In this document: positions 20,658-29,994 of the stretch, one piece after another
Layout: each line of letters starts with the position of its first letter
Position numbering within the stretch: the stretch's first letter is position 1
Source: Bacteroidaceae bacterium
GTDB taxonomy: Bacteria; Bacillota; Clostridia; Lachnospirales; Lachnospiraceae
Reading direction: 5' to 3'
Length of the DNA stretch: 64,000 nt
NCBI GenBank assembly: GCA_963639875.1
Contig: CAVHWP010000004.1
Coordinates: 33,168 to 97,167, forward strand
Made by a program: the position numbers and the translations under genes
Notes under the pieces: generated by a model
What the model saw: the letters and a program-made list of their open reading frames with translations, nothing else
Databases searched by the model: none
What the model was told of the DNA's origin: nothing

Positions 20658-22124
20658 TTGGCAGAACAGGTGAAACGCAGGCAAAACAGAATAAGGAGGG
20701 CACTGCGTTTTTCTGCCGTGATGCTTTCTTTTGTCATTCTTTTTACAGGTCTGTTCATTGCCTGGGGCAGAAAGAGAGGGCATGGCAGAGTAACATTTTC
20801 AGCGGAACAGTTTACGGAGTCCTCCCGGTATTTGTCCAATCCTAACCGGGGTTTTTATCATATATATGGTTTTATGATTACGGATACAGCTGTGGCGTGG
20901 AGTGAAACGGAGGCAGATCAGTTTCAGGAGGATACCGGAACCAATCTGACCATGCTCCAGATAAATCTTTGCAATTACCGGGACAGGGAACTGACAGAGC
21001 AGGGGCTTGACAATATCCGCAGTCTGTTTCAGGCATTCCGGGGAACGGGCAGGCAGCTCATTGTGCGTTTCCTGTATGACTGGTCGGGAGAAAATATGAA
21101 AACGGAGCCGGAAGATATCTCCATTATTCTGCGGCATATGGAACAGGTCGGCTCCATTGTGGCAGAAAATGGGGACATCATTTTTACCCTGCAGGGGCTG
21201 TTTACCGGTAACTGGGGGGAAATGAACGGTACCCGTTACAACACGGCAGAGGACTGGCATAATCTGTACGAAGCCTTAAGGACGGCAACCGGTGACAGTG
21301 TGTTTCTTGCGGTACGGATGCCCATGCAGTGGCGGAATGCCACCGGTTTTACGAAAATTCCCGAGGCACTTGAGGACGGCTGCCGGCTGGGACTTTTTAA
21401 TGACGGTATTCTGGGGAATTACAGCGATTACGGCACGTATGGGGATGCCTCCCACAGGGAGGCGGGGGATTTTTCCTGCTGGAACCGGGAAGAAGAACTG
21501 GCTTTTCAAGAGGAACTTTGTGGATATGTTCCCAACGGTGGCGAAGTGATTGTGGATAATTCTTACAATGACTGGGAAACAGCTATGGAAGACCTTGCCA
21601 TTATGCATATCAGCTATCTGAATGCGGACTATGACAGAGAGGTTCTGAAAAAGTGGGCAGCTGCCACGGCAGAGGAAGAAGGCTGCTACCTGGGAATGGA
21701 TGGTCTGTCTTATGCAGAAAGACATCTGGGCTACCGGCTGCTGATAAAACAGGCACGCGGGGAATATCATTTCTGGAAGGACGTACTTTCCGTACAGATA
21801 GATTTACAGAATGTGGGTTTTGCGCCGATTTTAAAAGAGGCAGTCCCGGAGGTTCTTGTTGTGAACGAATATACTGGGGAATGCCGGAAAATCCGGTTGG
21901 ATGCGGATTTGACCTTTTTGACGGGCGGAAGAAAAGCAGAGCGGACAGCAACAGGTACGGCGGACATTTCCCTGACCGGCTGGCAGCCCGGTTTTTTACG
22001 GGTATACTTCCGCCTTACCGATAAAGCCAGTGGCAGACAGATATCTTTTGGCAATGAGCAGAATCCGACAGAATACGGTTACTATCTGGGCACTGTAGAG
22101 CTGAAAAGCCTGAAATGGCGGTGA
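20658..22124 (+). CDS. Membrane-anchored DUF4874/DUF4832 putative glycoside hydrolase-like protein
   Basis: N-terminal TM; NPNRGFY, GNWGEMN, GLFND...DYGTY, PNGGE, HLGYRL. Confidence 0.7.
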   Translation: MAEQVKRRQNRIRRALRFSAVMLSFVILFTGLFIAWGRKRGHGRVTFSAEQFTESSRYLSNPNRGFYHIYGFMITDTAVAWSETEADQFQEDTGTNLTMLQINLCNYRDRELTEQGLDNIRSLFQAFRGTGRQLIVRFLYDWSGENMKTEPEDISIILRHMEQVGSIVAENGDIIFTLQGLFTGNWGEMNGTRYNTAEDWHNLYEALRTATGDSVFLAVRMPMQWRNATGFTKIPEALEDGCRLGLFNDGILGNYSDYGTYGDASHREAGDFSCWNREEELAFQEELCGYVPNGGEVIVDNSYNDWETAMEDLAIMHISYLNADYDREVLKKWAAATAEEEGCYLGMDGLSYAERHLGYRLLIKQARGEYHFWKDVLSVQIDLQNVGFAPILKEAVPEVLVVNEYTGECRKIRLDADLTFLTGGRKAERTATGTADISLTGWQPGFLRVYFRLTDKASGRQISFGNEQNPTEYGYYLGTVELKSLKWR

Positions 22125-23509
22125 ACTCCTACAGTGCCGGAAGCAGGTGCTCCGGAAACGATGATGGTGGGAAAGTTGTGACAGAAAGGCAGATTTTTAT
22201 GGAAAGGGCAGATAAAGAGGCAGCCTGTCCCAATAGGGAAGAGCAGGAACTGCTCCGGCTGCTGAAAGCGGCATTGACAGAAAATCCGAACCGGGAAAGT
22301 ATAAACAGTTCAAGGCAGTCGGACGATATAGATTATGAAAAGGTGTTTGCCATGGCACAGGCACATCAGGTACTTCCGCTTCTGTATGATACACTGGAGA
22401 ACGCACCGGAAATTGATTTGTACGAAGAAAATGGGAAAGCATACGGCACATTCCGGACAATCTGGCAGCAGGCAGCCAGACAGACGGTGAGCCAGAATTA
22501 TCATCTTCTGTTTACCGGCAAATTTCTCACAGGGCTTTTGCGGGAGGCAGGCATTCCGGTAACACTGTTAAAGGGAACGGCAACCGCAGCTTATTATCCG
22601 GTACCTGAACTGCGTAAATCAAGTGATGTTGATTTATATCTGCTGGAGGAAGGGGATCTGCCCACAGCCAGGACGCTCTTTTTAATGCACGGCATGACGG
22701 TAAAGGAAGAACAGCATTCCCTGCACCATCTGGTGATGCAGACTGCGGAAGGAATTATTGTGGAGCTTCATACCCTGATAACGGAGCCGTTTGACAGTTC
22801 CGCCGTGAATGCCCATCTTGAGGGGTGCCGGGACATTTTCGCCGCCCACACGGAGGAGAAGGAAATCATGGGGGTCGCACTGCCGGTGCTGACAGGCGCC
22901 TGCCACGCATACGAGCTGCTTCTTCACATGCTGCAGCATTTTCTGCGGGCCGGATTTGGCTTAAAACTGCTCTGTGACTGGGTGGTTTTCTGGAAGGCGG
23001 GATTATCAGAGGAAGAACAGACGCTATATGAAAGGCTCATAACGGAAAGCGGCATCAAGGGCTTTTCTGATGTAGTAACGGGTGTCTGTGTGGAATATCT
23101 GGGTCTGCCGGAAGAAAAAGTAAGCTTCATGCAGGCTGGCTGCGGCAGAAAAACGACAGTAGGACACGATACAGGAAACAGAGCGGCAGAATGTATCCTG
23201 CGGGAGGATTTTTTGCGGGATGTTCTGGAAAGCGAGGAATTCGGCAATACCTCAGCGGACAGAATGGTAGCAATGAGAGGCAGCGGACTCGGCGCATACA
23301 TACGGGAGTTTCACCACCAGATGCATTTGAATTTTCCGAAAGCCGGAAAATGCCTTCTGCTCTGGCCCCTGTTCTGGTGCATTACGCTGCTGCGTTTTCT
23401 TAGGAATAACCGGAAAATCAGGCATACTTCCGCTGTGGCGGTGTTTAAGAATGCCGGAAAAAGAGGCAGACTGGTAAAGAAACTCTCCCTGTTTGAAGAC
23501 AGAGGATGA
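22115..23509 (+). CDS. Nucleotidyltransferase family protein (NTP_transf_5-like); true start may be at 22199
   Basis: LLKG...YYPVPELRKSSDVDL, VELH, HF..GFGLKLLCDW motifs. Confidence 0.85.
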   Translation: MAVNSYSAGSRCSGNDDGGKVVTERQIFMERADKEAACPNREEQELLRLLKAALTENPNRESINSSRQSDDIDYEKVFAMAQAHQVLPLLYDTLENAPEIDLYEENGKAYGTFRTIWQQAARQTVSQNYHLLFTGKFLTGLLREAGIPVTLLKGTATAAYYPVPELRKSSDVDLYLLEEGDLPTARTLFLMHGMTVKEEQHSLHHLVMQTAEGIIVELHTLITEPFDSSAVNAHLEGCRDIFAAHTEEKEIMGVALPVLTGACHAYELLLHMLQHFLRAGFGLKLLCDWVVFWKAGLSEEEQTLYERLITESGIKGFSDVVTGVCVEYLGLPEEKVSFMQAGCGRKTTVGHDTGNRAAECILREDFLRDVLESEEFGNTSADRMVAMRGSGLGAYIREFHHQMHLNFPKAGKCLLLWPLFWCITLLRFLRNNRKIRHTSAVAVFKNAGKRGRLVKKLSLFEDRG

Positions 23510-23548
23510 TCGTATTTAAAAAAATACAAATTTGTGAAAATTATCGTC

Positions 23549-23577
23549 TTGACACAGGGTAAATCATATTTTAGAAT
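23549..23577 (+). promoter_or_regulatory. Sigma-A promoter for the 148-aa leader-bearing gene
   Basis: TTGACA (23549-54), 17 bp, TAGAAT (23572-77). Confidence 0.75.
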
Positions 23578-23657
23578 TAAGGTAACTGGGGGGCTGTTTT
23601 TAGATAGGATACGGAAACGGATAAAAACAGGTAATGCTTACGAAAGGAGTTAAAATT

Positions 23658-24104
23658 ATGAAAAAGTATGAAAGTCCCATTATTATTGAAAATGAAGATT
23701 TGGCAGAAGGCATTTATGCCAACAGTGGAGTAAATCCTGACAATGTGGATGAACCGCAGTGTTGGACGCTTGCTATCACAAAGGATCAGGTGGTTGCACA
23801 TGAGAAGTGGGCAAACTACCGCATTCATGCAACACATATCGGAACGGTACATATTTCCACAGCATCCATGGTAACGATTGTTTTCAGCCAGGAAATTACC
23901 AGTGCTAATTTTGAAGGATTTGGTGTCAGCATAAACGGCTGCACCGTTACTCTTACCAGAGAGCAGCACGGCAATGCATATTCCTGTAATGATGATTACA
24001 ATTCACTGCTGAAGGTTTATTGTAATGATCCGGAAAGTCTCTATGTTGTTTCTTCCACCATTTCCTGTACAAAGACGAAAAATGTGCAGGGCGGCGAAGA
24101 CTGA
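23658..24104 (+). CDS. 148-aa hypothetical protein with RRE-type leader (MKKYESPIII...EDLAEGIYANSG); candidate substrate/precursor
   Basis: RBS AAAGGAG 8 nt upstream of the ATG; YxxP plus hydrophobic motif; no hydrophobic Sec h-region; 5 Cys in a beta-rich body. Confidence 0.7.
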   Translation: MKKYESPIIIENEDLAEGIYANSGVNPDNVDEPQCWTLAITKDQVVAHEKWANYRIHATHIGTVHISTASMVTIVFSQEITSANFEGFGVSINGCTVTLTREQHGNAYSCNDDYNSLLKVYCNDPESLYVVSSTISCTKTKNVQGGED

Positions 24105-24182
24105 GGAAGATAAGGAAAGCGATTTGGACAGCATCGTCTGGAACAGGCGGTGCTGTTTGTACGTTAAAGGGTTTGCAAGGGA

Positions 24183-25901
24183 GTGAATATGCAGCAGACG
24201 TGGAAACGAATTAAATGGATTGGCAGCTATGCCGGACGACATATCTGGGCAATTGCAATATATACGCTTTTGGGACTTGCCGGTACCGGCATTTCCCTTT
24301 TGGGAAGCCTTGTATCCAAGGATCTGGTTGATATTATCACTGGACATGAGACTGGACAGGTTATTATGACATTCTGTATCATGATGGGTATGAATTTGGG
24401 AAGTGTGTTCCTGAGCCAGATTTCCGGTTATATTTCCGTCAAAATCAGTATGCGTGTGGATGCCGGTATTAAGGCAGATATTTTTTCCAAGATTTTAGTA
24501 ACGGACTGGGAGTCTCTGACAGAGTATCATACCGGTGATTTACTGACCCGTTGGAATGGGGATGCTTCCAATATTGCTTCGGGTGTTCTGAGTTTTATTC
24601 CTAATTTAATCATCTATATTTTTCGTTTTGGAAGCGCCTTATGGATGGTGCTTTATTATGATGCATCATTTGCCGTGTTTGCCCTTGTAAGTATGCCGCT
24701 TTCTTTTTTTATGTCCCGGTATCTGACGAAAAAAATGCAGAAAAACAATAACCGGAGTGCGGCTATGAGTGCGAAAATGTCCGGCTTTAATCAGGAGGCA
24801 TTTTCCAATATCCAGACCATTAAGGCTTTTGATATGATTTCCCTATATATAGAAAGACTGAAAAATCTGCAGACGGAATACATTGCCATGCGTATGAGTT
24901 ACCAGAAAATGAGTATCGTTATTTCTGTTATGATGACATTAATCGGCATGGCAGTTTCCTATGCTTCTTACGGATGGGGAATTTACCGGGTATGGAGCGG
25001 AGCTATCAGCTACGGTACCATGACAATGTTTCTGAGCCTGTCAGGTACACTTACAAGCACTCTGAACAATCTGATTTCCCTAATTCCTACCTCTGTTTCT
25101 CTGATGACTTCAGCGGGCAGGCTGATGGATATTGTGGAGATGCCGAGAGAGGACTACAGCAAAAAGAAAGAAGTGAAGGCTTTCTGGGATCGGCATAAAG
25201 AGGAAGGTGTGGGACTTTCCGTTCAGGATGTTTCCTATGCATACCGGAACGGCACTGTAGTCTTTGAACATGCTTTTATGGAGGCTCATCCGCACGAAGT
25301 GGTTGCTCTTATCGGTCCCTCCGGCGAAGGAAAGACCACTATGTTAAGACTTTTGCTTTCCTTAATTTTATCACAGGAAGGCACTGCACAGCTTTGTACA
25401 CGGGAGGAAAATATGCCCCTCAATGCTTCCGCCAGACAGTTGATATCCTATGTACCGCAGGGAAACACCATGTTTTCCGGTACCATTGCGGAAAATATGA
25501 GAAATGTAAAAGAGGATGCTACGGACGAAGAAATCCGGGATGCTTTGGAAATTGCCTGTGCGTGGGATTTTGTAGAGAAACTGCCGGACGGTATCAACAG
25601 CCCGATACAGGAACGAGGCGGCGGATTTTCCGAAGGGCAGGCGCAGCGGCTTTCCATTGCCCGTGCCATCCTCCGTAAGTCTCCCATTTTACTGTTGGAT
25701 GAGGCAACCTCAGCTTTGGATGTGGCAACGGAACGAAAGCTCTTAAAGAACCTGATGAAGGATGAATACCCGCGTACCTGTCTGGTAACCACCCACCGTC
25801 CGACGGTTTTAGAGGTCTGCACCAGAGTGTATGCAATCCGGGACAAACATCTCGAAGTCCTCACGGAAGAGGAGATACAGAAAGAAGAGCAGATGTTTTA
25901 G
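24183..25901 (+). CDS. ABC exporter, fused TMD-NBD
   Basis: TM domain; GPSGEGKTT, FSEGQAQR, LLLDEATSALD; no N-terminal C39 peptidase. Confidence 0.9.
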   Translation: MNMQQTWKRIKWIGSYAGRHIWAIAIYTLLGLAGTGISLLGSLVSKDLVDIITGHETGQVIMTFCIMMGMNLGSVFLSQISGYISVKISMRVDAGIKADIFSKILVTDWESLTEYHTGDLLTRWNGDASNIASGVLSFIPNLIIYIFRFGSALWMVLYYDASFAVFALVSMPLSFFMSRYLTKKMQKNNNRSAAMSAKMSGFNQEAFSNIQTIKAFDMISLYIERLKNLQTEYIAMRMSYQKMSIVISVMMTLIGMAVSYASYGWGIYRVWSGAISYGTMTMFLSLSGTLTSTLNNLISLIPTSVSLMTSAGRLMDIVEMPREDYSKKKEVKAFWDRHKEEGVGLSVQDVSYAYRNGTVVFEHAFMEAHPHEVVALIGPSGEGKTTMLRLLLSLILSQEGTAQLCTREENMPLNASARQLISYVPQGNTMFSGTIAENMRNVKEDATDEEIRDALEIACAWDFVEKLPDGINSPIQERGGGFSEGQAQRLSIARAILRKSPILLLDEATSALDVATERKLLKNLMKDEYPRTCLVTTHRPTVLEVCTRVYAIRDKHLEVLTEEEIQKEEQMF

Positions 25902-25925
25902 GCAGAAACAAACAGTGTTTCAAAA

Positions 25926-26528
25926 TCATTTCCGGCTATAGCGGAAGTCACAGTGATCGGCACCGTCAGCGATGGTGCCGGTTCTTTCTAATTTCATGTT
26001 CATGATATCTGCCAGCACGAAATCCATACGGCACAGGTAGGAAGCCAGTTCCGGACAGCCCTCGTCCTGACAGATCTTGCAGACGCCGCATTCATGATAA
26101 TCGTAACCGAGGTCGTATTCCCTGTTTCCCGGCAGAATATCCACAACCCAGTCGTTTTCATACTGATGCTTATGGCTGTCCGCCGACCACTGCAGACGTC
26201 CCGGCATCTTCTTTTCATCAAGGTAACTGTCGGCGTTTCCGAGCATCTTATGGAACAGACCGGATGCGCAAAGTCCTTCCTTAAATATGGAATAATTTTC
26301 CTCCGCCGTTTTACCGGTGCTCCGGTTTAAGGCAATGAAATAAATACCCATGATGTAGGAACTTAACAGTCTGGAAGGACCGATGTCCTTGGCACGTCCT
26401 GCAATTTCCCTATATTCCTTTTTGATTTTCTGCGCGGTATCCTTTGCAAATCCCCTTTTCTTCAATTCCGCCTTAACAGCACTGTGATAAAACTGAAATA
26501 AAATTTTAGCATTAAATGTATTTTTCAT
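25926..26528 (-). CDS. L-2-amino-thiazoline-4-carboxylate hydrolase-like family protein
   Basis: YHECGVCK...LCRMDF...RTGTIADGADHCDFRY; real start MKNTF follows AAGGAGG; the longer ORF reads through tandem repeats. Confidence 0.75.
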   Translation of the reverse strand: MKNTFNAKILFQFYHSAVKAELKKRGFAKDTAQKIKKEYREIAGRAKDIGPSRLLSSYIMGIYFIALNRSTGKTAEENYSIFKEGLCASGLFHKMLGNADSYLDEKKMPGRLQWSADSHKHQYENDWVVDILPGNREYDLGYDYHECGVCKICQDEGCPELASYLCRMDFVLADIMNMKLERTGTIADGADHCDFRYSRK

Positions 26529-26533
26529 ATAAT

Positions 26534-26671
26534 CCTCCTTGTTTTTGCGAAGCAAAAATCCGAGCCTCATGCGAGGAGAGGATTTAGCCTCCTTGTTTTT
26601 GCGAAGCAAAAATCCGAGCCTCATGCGAGGAGAGGATTTAGCCTCCTTGTTTTTGCGAAGCAAAAATCCGA
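26534..26671. repeat. Exact 54-bp tandem repeat, 2.5 copies, each containing an SD sequence (minus strand) and hairpins
   Basis: cctccttgtttttgcgaagcaaaaatccgagcctcatgcgaggagaggatttag starting at 26534, 26588 and 26642 (partial). Confidence 0.97.
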
Positions 26672-26959
26672 ACTCTGGGTACATTCTAACACAATGGAAA
26701 GGGATGGAAAAGTGTACTTTAACGATAAAACGTCAAATAAATTAAAAAAGTATTAAATTACGAATAAACTCTTGCATCTGCTTTGCAGTCTATGTTATCA
26801 TGATTGCAAAGCAGATTTTCTTTTGTCGAAATAACATTCTAAATGCAAATCTTTTTGTGAGGAACTTCATTCATCGGAAAATTTCTTCCATGGTTCCCAC
26901 AGGTCGGAAATTCCTGCTTTATTCTCAACTATCAATCAGGCAGGAAGCCGGAAAACTTG

Positions 26960-27615
26960 TGCAGAAAGCAAAAAGAGGAGATACGTCAGTGTGTTTTCCC
27001 TGATGATGCAGGACAAAGTAAAAGCACTGAATGTTTATAATGTGCTGGGGAACAGCCATTTTGACAATCCGGATTTGGAGCTTTCCTGTACGGTGTATAA
27101 CTTAAATGCACCGGAGAATAGGAAACTTCTGGAGAAGTCGGAAGTTTTGTATGGCTATACCTTTTTTTGTAAACAGGGTGAATGCCAACAAAGAAAACGG
27201 GATGGAACTGGAACAGGCGATTGATGAAGCCATTGATGCGTGTACGAGAGAAAATATCTTACAGGATTTCTTTCGGACATATAAGAATGAGGTGAGAAGG
27301 ATTATGGCACTTGATTTTACTTTTGAAAGACAGATTGAATTGACGAAGATGGAGTATTATCAGGATGGATTTGCGGATGGAGAAGTTCGTGGTGAAACCA
27401 GAGGTATGGCACGTGGAGAAAAGAATGGGCAGTTACAGAATATGATTTCCCTAATAGTCCGGAAACTTCGTAAAGGAAAAAGTGTAGAACAGATTGCGGA
27501 CGAATTGGAAGAAGATAGGGCAATGATTGCGCCTATCTGTAAAGTAGCGGAAGAATTTGCTCCGGAATATGATGAGGAGAAGATATTCCGGAAGTTAATT
27601 TCAGAAGAAGTATAA
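26960..27615 (+). pseudogene. Degraded Rpn/PD-(D/E)XK transposase-like gene (internal deletion plus frameshift)
   Basis: ALNVYNVLGNS.FDNP joined directly to LELSCTVYNLN; frameshift at the T7 run 27162-27168; C-terminal AIDEAIDAC..ENIL, RGETRG repeats and KGKSVEQIADELE. Confidence 0.6.
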
Positions 27616-27641
27616 GGTACATAAAGTTTTACACCAATATG

Positions 27642-28097
27642 CTATTCTGCAATCATGTGATAAAACACACCATCTCCGATAGAAGTTGTTTGTGTTATTT
27701 CACTTCCTACAATGTGGAAACCGGCCTTTTCATAGCAATGGACAGCACGGGTATTCCAGGTTCTTACTTCGAGATAGAGAGGCTTGGCAGGAAATAATGT
27801 ATGCGATATGATACGGGCTGTTTTGGTCATTTGCTGTCCGTAGCCTTTATTGCAAAACTCAGGATTTACACCAATGCCAAAGAAAATTTCGGTGTCTTCT
27901 TCATATAAATTAATAAATCCTATGAGGTTTTCATTTTCATAAAAGGAAAAGAAATTATTTTTGGGGTTGGCAAAACCGTAATGGTTTCTTTTATGTTCCT
28001 CGTAGGGTTTCTCGTTATAAATACTGTACTTTCCTTCGTATTTCCAACTTGTAATGCTATATTTTTCTTCTTCCGTTGTTCTATGATATGTAAGCAT
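27642..28097 (-). CDS. GNAT N-acetyltransferase
   Basis: GIGVNPEFCNKGYG, WNTRAVHCYEKAGF. Confidence 0.85.
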   Translation of the reverse strand: MLTYHRTTEEEKYSITSWKYEGKYSIYNEKPYEEHKRNHYGFANPKNNFFSFYENENLIGFINLYEEDTEIFFGIGVNPEFCNKGYGQQMTKTARIISHTLFPAKPLYLEVRTWNTRAVHCYEKAGFHIVGSEITQTTSIGDGVFYHMIAE

Positions 28098-28275
28098 CTG
28101 GGTTCTCCTAAAATATACAACACAATAAAGTTTTTATCATTTTAACATAAATTTGCTCATAAGTGTAAAAATTATGAAAGTAAGTAAATGAAGCATATTC
28201 GCATGTTAATAAGCATGTAAATATACTTGCATATACATTGACATAATGGTGGTATTAAGAAAAGGAGATGTTTAT

Positions 28276-28542
28276 ATGCCTAATATTAAACCTATTTCTG
28301 ATTTAAGAAATTATACAGATGTACTTAAGGAAGTTGATTTATCCAATCGTGTGTATTTGACGAGAAACGGACATGGAGAATATGCAATACTTACCATGGA
28401 TGAAGTAGATGAACTTGATAGGATAAAAGCAGCATACCTGTTACTCTCTAAGCTGCAAAATGCCGAGAAAAAAGCTGATAAAGAAGGCTGGGTAGATGCA
28501 GATGCGCTTGAAAAGGAATTGGGAGTTAATTCGCACATCTGA
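28276..28542 (+). CDS. Phd/YefM family antitoxin (no cognate toxin downstream)
   Basis: MPNIKPISDLRNY...VYLTRNG; RBS AAAGGAG. Confidence 0.85.
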   Translation: MPNIKPISDLRNYTDVLKEVDLSNRVYLTRNGHGEYAILTMDEVDELDRIKAAYLLLSKLQNAEKKADKEGWVDADALEKELGVNSHI

Positions 28543-28675
28543 AAGTCTTGAATTCTGGGGCGAATAAAATAATTTTCCATTATCACTTCTTAATTATTAT
28601 CTACCGTTATCAAAGTCAACACATTACTTAAACAGACACTTATACCTAAAAGTACTACAACTATTTTTTATTTCC

Positions 28676-29902
28676 TTATTCCCCTATCCACTCATCCACA
28701 TATTCTTTCATAACCTCCGCCGCATGATTTGTGGGTGTACAGTGTAGACGGCACAAGGACGTCAGAGAAGTCAGTTTTTCAGCAAAGAAAAGATTTTTCT
28801 CAAAAAGCGCAGGTGTCCAGGAGGGCGTAATCATGCGGTTTGCCAGGGACAAAATCTGCTCGTCCGGGGTGAGCTCTTCCACAAAGTCGGAAGCATCCTG
28901 CTTCAGGAATACAATACCGCCCAGAGGATGGGAAGAGGTGGTGGAAATGCCGGAGGTACCGCACCAGGGAATACCGTGCACCACAGGCGTGTTTTCGGAA
29001 AAAGAGAGCAAATTCAAGTCACCGTTTAACAGGGGTGTACCGAAAGCTTCCTGCCACAAACGGGTATGTGTGGATTTACCGGTGCCGGAAGGACCGGAAA
29101 ACAGGTAAGCCTTGTTTTTATAAAGCAGGGAAGCGGAGTGCAGTACCGTCATTCCTCTTTGCTGTGCAAGGTATAAAAAGCCCAACCGGAGGACATGGAA
29201 AAGAACATCCTGCAAAGAGCCTTTTTCCGAAGGGATGCAGTAGATGCAGAAAAAAGAAGCATCTTTCTTTAAGATTGCTTCGACAAGCAAAGGCTGGTCG
29301 GGGAAAAGAAACAGGTATTCATCCGCCCGATCCATTACGATAAGTTCTTTGTTATGAAGCAGGAGCCTGCCGTTTCCGGCGGAGGCAGGCTTTCCGGCTA
29401 AAACAAGCACGGTCTGGTCAGGAACATTTTGCCGTGATGTGCCGCAGTCCGCCGCTTTTATAGGAGCGGCATTGTCCGGAAAAGCAAACATAGTATCTGT
29501 TGCAAAGGGCAGCAGCGCCGGAGAGAAAAAGGTATTTTCTCCGTATAAAGAAAAGGTCAGTCCTGCAATGGAGAGCGTGTGCCACAGACCGTCCGGACCG
29601 GTGGGAACCGCCATATCGCAAAGAAGCATGCCGCCATTTACTAATTTTTGCAAAAAAGAAAGGGTCTCTTTTTTTATGGTTTCGGCTTCCTGACCGGAGG
29701 CACCGTAGCGGAGCAGAAGGTGGTTTACCACTTCCATAGAGGAATGTTCCGTCTTCAGAAACTCCCAGATGCAGATACCGGTGTTGTTCAGTCTAATCCC
29801 CCTTTTGAGGTCGGCAATACTCTGACCGGTGGGGAGCAGATAGGAAGAGCCGCTTATGGTTTTCAGGATAAAATCGGAATTCTGAATCATGGAATACCTC
29901 AT
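28676..29902 (-). CDS. PqqD/RRE domain fused to an HprK-like P-loop kinase domain
   Basis: N-terminal IRLNNTGICIWEFL...FLQKLVNGGML (PqqD-like); C-terminal LHSAS...LFSGPSGTGKSTH, LNGD, GIPWCG. Confidence 0.8.
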   Translation of the reverse strand: MRYSMIQNSDFILKTISGSSYLLPTGQSIADLKRGIRLNNTGICIWEFLKTEHSSMEVVNHLLLRYGASGQEAETIKKETLSFLQKLVNGGMLLCDMAVPTGPDGLWHTLSIAGLTFSLYGENTFFSPALLPFATDTMFAFPDNAAPIKAADCGTSRQNVPDQTVLVLAGKPASAGNGRLLLHNKELIVMDRADEYLFLFPDQPLLVEAILKKDASFFCIYCIPSEKGSLQDVLFHVLRLGFLYLAQQRGMTVLHSASLLYKNKAYLFSGPSGTGKSTHTRLWQEAFGTPLLNGDLNLLSFSENTPVVHGIPWCGTSGISTTSSHPLGGIVFLKQDASDFVEELTPDEQILSLANRMITPSWTPALFEKNLFFAEKLTSLTSLCRLHCTPTNHAAEVMKEYVDEWIGE

Positions 29903-29994
29903 CTTTCTTGCAGTTATGTACAGTATTTATTATAGCATTAGGACGATAAAAATGCTACAATAACCATAAAAGACAGAAAGTTGAGGAGAAAGCT

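Noticed and set aside
26534..26671. CRISPR interpretation of the 30-bp repeat with 24-bp spacers
   Set aside because: The two spacers are identical, so it is a tandem repeat
26529..26684. 52-aa N-terminal extension of the 252-aa ORF, and the opposite-strand ORF 26539..26745
   Set aside because: Both arise from the 54-bp repeat being a multiple of three; the SD-preceded ATG is at 26528
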